Shown here in pieces: positions 59,246 to 64,000 of a DNA stretch of 64,000 nucleotides; position 1 is the stretch's first letter; every line of letters begins with the position of its first letter. The position numbers were made by a program, and so were the translations under genes. This DNA is from Chrysomallon squamiferum (lineage: Eukaryota; Animalia; Mollusca), in assembly GCA_012295275.1 (NCBI GenBank), contig CM022674.1, forward strand, positions 3,348,001 through 3,412,000, given 5' to 3'. The notes below the pieces were generated by a model. It searched no databases and was not told where the DNA came from. It saw only the letters and a list, made by a program, of their open reading frames with translations.

Positions 59246-60125
59246 GACTACAAAACATCACGTTTTGTAGACTTGCAGGTGTACGAGACGAGTGACATGT
59301 TTTAAAGCCTGTTTTGTAAACAGTCACGATCTTGTTATTATTACACCATCAAATAAAATGGGCCAACCATGACGACAGTGAATATGATCAACTTAGAACA
59401 TGGGACTTTAAGTAAGAATAATACACTATATACAGTCATTTTACTGGCTGATAGAATTCAAAGCATGTCCTTTATCCAACAAATGAATTGGTTTAAAGTC
59501 ATTTTTATCCTTTGTGTTTGTTGAAATTATACCAGTTAGATCTCTATCTCGTGTTGGGCTCTTAATCTGGTATTCTTACGTCAAAAGGTGCTACATTCCT
59601 TTCATCTATCTTGCATTGCCTTCATGTGATATATATAACTGGGTCTCTGCTGGCTTAGTGATTGCTTACCCTTTATGATTATAAATTTTAAATAATGTGT
59701 AGATGGACTGCTCCAAAGCTCTCTAAACAATGTAGGTGAATGTTACAATATTTAGTAGTTGAACTGATGGTGGATAGGTGTTACTAACATTTTGCAGTCA
59801 GGAGTTTATGTGGAGGCACAAATCCCCCGTGGGTCATATGTCCCCAGTTTCCCGTACACAAGTGAAAAAACTAACTGTTGTAAAGATAGCTTGCGATACT
59901 GGGTTTTTCCGAAAAAAAAAGAGGTTTTTTTCTTAGCTGTTTTAGTTTTCGCTACTGGTTAGTATCAGTTATATTTGTTTAATATCAGTTGTAGTCGTTA
60001 CTAGTAGTTATAGAAGTAGTCATTCTTCTAGTAGTGGTAGTAGTTGTTATTGGTGCTGTAGTTATAGTTGCAGTGAGGTCTGCTGGGGGGAAAAATCGGG
60101 GACACTGTAATACTTTCTTTTCGTT

Positions 60126-60166
<41 letters not shown>

Positions 60167-60273
60167 TAACTTTTTTTTTTAGTTTATTTTTATTTTCTTA
60201 AATTTTCTTAAATTAATTTAATTTAATTTTATTATATTATTATTATCATCATCATCATCATCATCATCATCAA

Positions 60274-60349
<76 letters not shown>

Positions 60350-61037
60350 TAATGAAAGTGTTTTTATATTCCGACAAAACCCCCACAAAAAAAAACACAA
60401 TGAATATTCGTGGGCAATGGGGTGTCAACTGAACACACTACAAGAGTTGAGGCTGGATCGTTTATACACAGATTCTACATCGGATTCAGTTAGAGCCAAG
60501 CCAACTCTGTAGTATCCTGCCCGAGACAGAAATATTTCCATATGAGTAGAATCCCTGTGACAAATATCAAAGTTGATTTTTTTCAAATCAAAGTTATATT
60601 AACCCAGATATAGCTTACTTCCAACATAGTTTGTTAAATAAAACTGTTCTGTCGAAAATTGGCTTACGTCCTGTCTACAAAAAAAATAAATATTTTTTGC
60701 TGTCGTTAAAAAATTATAAAAGTTTTCCTCTCGAGAATTTGCACGAATCGTGTTAGCAATTTTTGATAAAAATGATAAAGAGCATTCTGCAATAAATGCC
60801 AGCTAAATAAATAAAAAAGAAAAGATAATTGTTTTCTGCAAAAATAATACGATATCCATTTTGTAAGAAAATGTTGCCCATTGTCTAATAGAACACAAAA
60901 GTATTCATTATGTGTGGGGTGAATAGACAGACACATTTTCATATTACTGGACTGGGATTTAGCTCGTCTCTGTGCTTCCCTTCAAAACTGGATGCTCAGT
61001 AAATCCTTCAGATCAGAAAGTTCTTCATAATACATTA

Positions 61038-61112
<75 letters not shown>

Positions 61113-61212
61113 AATACATCCATCCATCCATGCATCCATCCATCTATCCATCAAGTTATGTATCTATATATATATTTACACACACACATACACATACACA
61201 CACACACACATA

Positions 61213-61956
61213 CAGTGATACCTTGACTTACGATCTGAATTTGTTCCGTGACCGAGCTCGTAACTCAATTTGCTCGCATATCAAATACATTAATCCAAAA
61301 TGAATATAAAGAAAATACCATTAATCCTTTCCAGCCCCCAAAACGACTCCAATTTTTGTAAACCAAATTTTCAAATAAGAAAACATTGCATAAAAATATT
61401 ACATAAGAAATAAAGTTTGTTTTGTAAGGTGTACAGGGTTAGGGTTTCTCCATCTTTTCTTGGATAGAGATCCGCAGCTTAGAACTATTTTAACTCTGTT
61501 GGCTGGATGCATAGCCTTTATCGGCTCCTTCTGATATATATCGTAAAAGTACTAAGCTCGCAATGCATAACTACGTTGATTAAACGCCCACCTCGCTCAT
61601 GTTTTTCTATGGTTTCATACTTTTTATTCAATGGACATCATCCGCTTTTTTTTTTTTTTGTCAGCACTGTCCTTTGCACTCACTTTCTTACGATCCATGG
61701 TAATTTGGCAAAATACTGCACAAAACGCGAACACAACACAACAGAACACAACAGATATGCATTTAAGGCGAGGTAACCACGTGAAGCAAAGGAATGTTAC
61801 AGAGATGCTGTGCACACGGTGTATTGTTCGTTGAGCCAACTAGCGGCGCTATCTGAAACTCGCTCGTAACTCGGACTTCGGCTCGCAACTCAAAGCAGAA
61901 ATTCGACCGATCTACTAATCGTAACTGGGAAAACTCGTAAGTTGGAGCACTCGTAA
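61213..61956 (-). mobile_element. Second copy of the same Tigger derivative, one TIR truncated
   Basis: ta|cagtgataccttgacttacga terminus; MDRKKVSAKDSADKKKKKRMMSIE on the minus strand; colinear with 22831-23483. Confidence 0.88.
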
Positions 61957-62585
61957 CTTTTTTTGAATTTCTGAGATGAAAACAACACCATTCATTTTTA
62001 TCACCGACATCTATTCTGAGCTGAGCCGTCTCTCCGTCAATTCATGCAGTGAACCTCTTCTTTGATGATCGTTTAAGGTTGTCAGTTTATACGATAAAAC
62101 CTTTACATTTCATATTTTATTCGTCACAGAACTCAGTCCAAACATTCGTAAAATAACACACGATATACTAAATGCGACAATGAACCTAATTTATGCTCGG
62201 CATAGCCTTAGCTGATATAACGTTTTTCTATGAAAACAATGGGGTTTTATTTACTTTTGTGTGATTACTACTACTACAGCTACAACGACAAGTACTACTA
62301 CTACTACTACTGCTACCATTACTATTACTGCTATTGTTACTTTTATTATTAATATTGTTCTTGTTATTATTACTATTTATTGATTTGTTTATTTTTTATA
62401 GACACTGCCAATGCACAGATACATTTCCAGTACTGCACAGAAAACGAACGGCAACAGATTAATGATTGTTATGCAATTTATAAAAACTTCATCTGACAAC
62501 CAGGGAATAACAGTTTCTTGACTTTCAATGAAACAATATGCAAGTAGGTTCATCTAGTTTTATGATGCCATAAGATATACCGTAA

Positions 62586-62780
<195 letters not shown>

Positions 62781-62783
62781 TCT

Positions 62784-62815
<32 letters not shown>

Positions 62816-63130
62816 CTGTGTCTCTCTGTCTCTCTCTCTGATAGTATATTCTCTCTCACTGCAATCAATAACGATGACGTTATATGAATAACAGACGAAT
62901 GATGTAAGTAAGTTATTTTTATCTCTTTCATCATAGGAATAAATCTTTTAGTTATAATTTAATTATAAGAGAAAATAAAGAAAAATAAAACTCTATACAC
63001 ACTCACACTCACACTCACACACATACTCACACTCACACACATACCCACACATCTATATATTATTTAGATATCAGTTACAAACAACTACTTTCTATGTTCA
63101 GATATCAGGATAATCCTGTACTCACTGTAA

Positions 63131-63184
<54 letters not shown>

Positions 63185-63946
63185 AAACACATAATCTACA
63201 TTAATATAAATATATGTGTGGGTGAATATAAACATAGATACAGATAAAAGATAAATATGTATAGAGTTTTATTTTTCTTTATTTTCGCTCACAATCAAAT
63301 AATAACTAGAAGATTTATTCCTATGCTGAAAGGAATATAAATATATACACACACAAACACATAATCTACATTCAGATAAATATACATCAACATACCTACA
63401 TAGACATACATACATACACATATACATACATACATACATACATACATACATACATACATACATACATACATGCATACATATATATATATAGATAGATAGA
63501 TAGATTATAGATAGATAGATAGACAGATATATACATATATTTTTTTCTCTTTAGGGCTGCTAAAACCACTGCATATTGCATAAATGGTCTGAGGATTGGT
63601 GGAAAATGTTTGAATGAACTTCCATCCAAATTATCTTTTCAGCTACGTAAGAACAAAATAAATAATTTAGTATCTCCTTCTCTCATTCAAATCAGCATCG
63701 GCTTAAACATAGAATTGTACTTGGATCCCTGTCGACACACACATATACACAGACATGTATGTGTGTAGTTACTAAGAGACAGAGGTATGGTGGGTCAGAG
63801 AGACATAGAGAGAGACAGAGAATGAGAGAGAAATCGAGACAGATAGAAACTCGCACAGAGAAACACAAAGAGATTGAGATAAAATAGAGAGATAGTAAGA
63901 AAGAAAAATGTAGAGACAGAAACAGAGAGAGAGCTAGTGAGAGATG

Positions 63947-64000
<54 letters not shown>

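Noticed and set aside
59360-59500. Minus-strand IVYYSYLKSHV..SW resembling a LINE RT C-terminal motif
   Set aside because: Too short and interrupted to support without a profile search.

Overview
AT-rich, extremely microsatellite-rich eukaryotic DNA. The neuropeptide sequence points to a mollusc or related lophotrochozoan. Nearly all ORFs in the supplied track are artefacts of simple repeats. Manual translation found two spliced genes that the track misses, arranged tail-to-tail. Both encode allatostatin-C/somatostatin-family precursors. Gene A (+; exons 10928-11017 and 14686-14877) releases NHYMCLVNLVTCY, a typical molluscan AstC. Gene B (-; exons 32956-32840 and 19368-19201) ends in RR-LGIQ-KK-GVIQCLWSAVTCF-stop, a divergent Trp-containing peptide whose AVTCF end and pro-region resemble arthropod AstCC/AstCCC. 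The window carries 14 perfect CRE palindromes. The right third holds an intronless 331-aa orphan ORF (-) with a possible DED-like N-terminus and an E2F/CRE/TATA promoter, set in a mosaic of local duplications. Also present: Tigger/pogo derivatives, a tRNA-derived SINE family and several minisatellites. Exon joins are inferred from splice signals and phase only, and homology calls are from memory without database searches.
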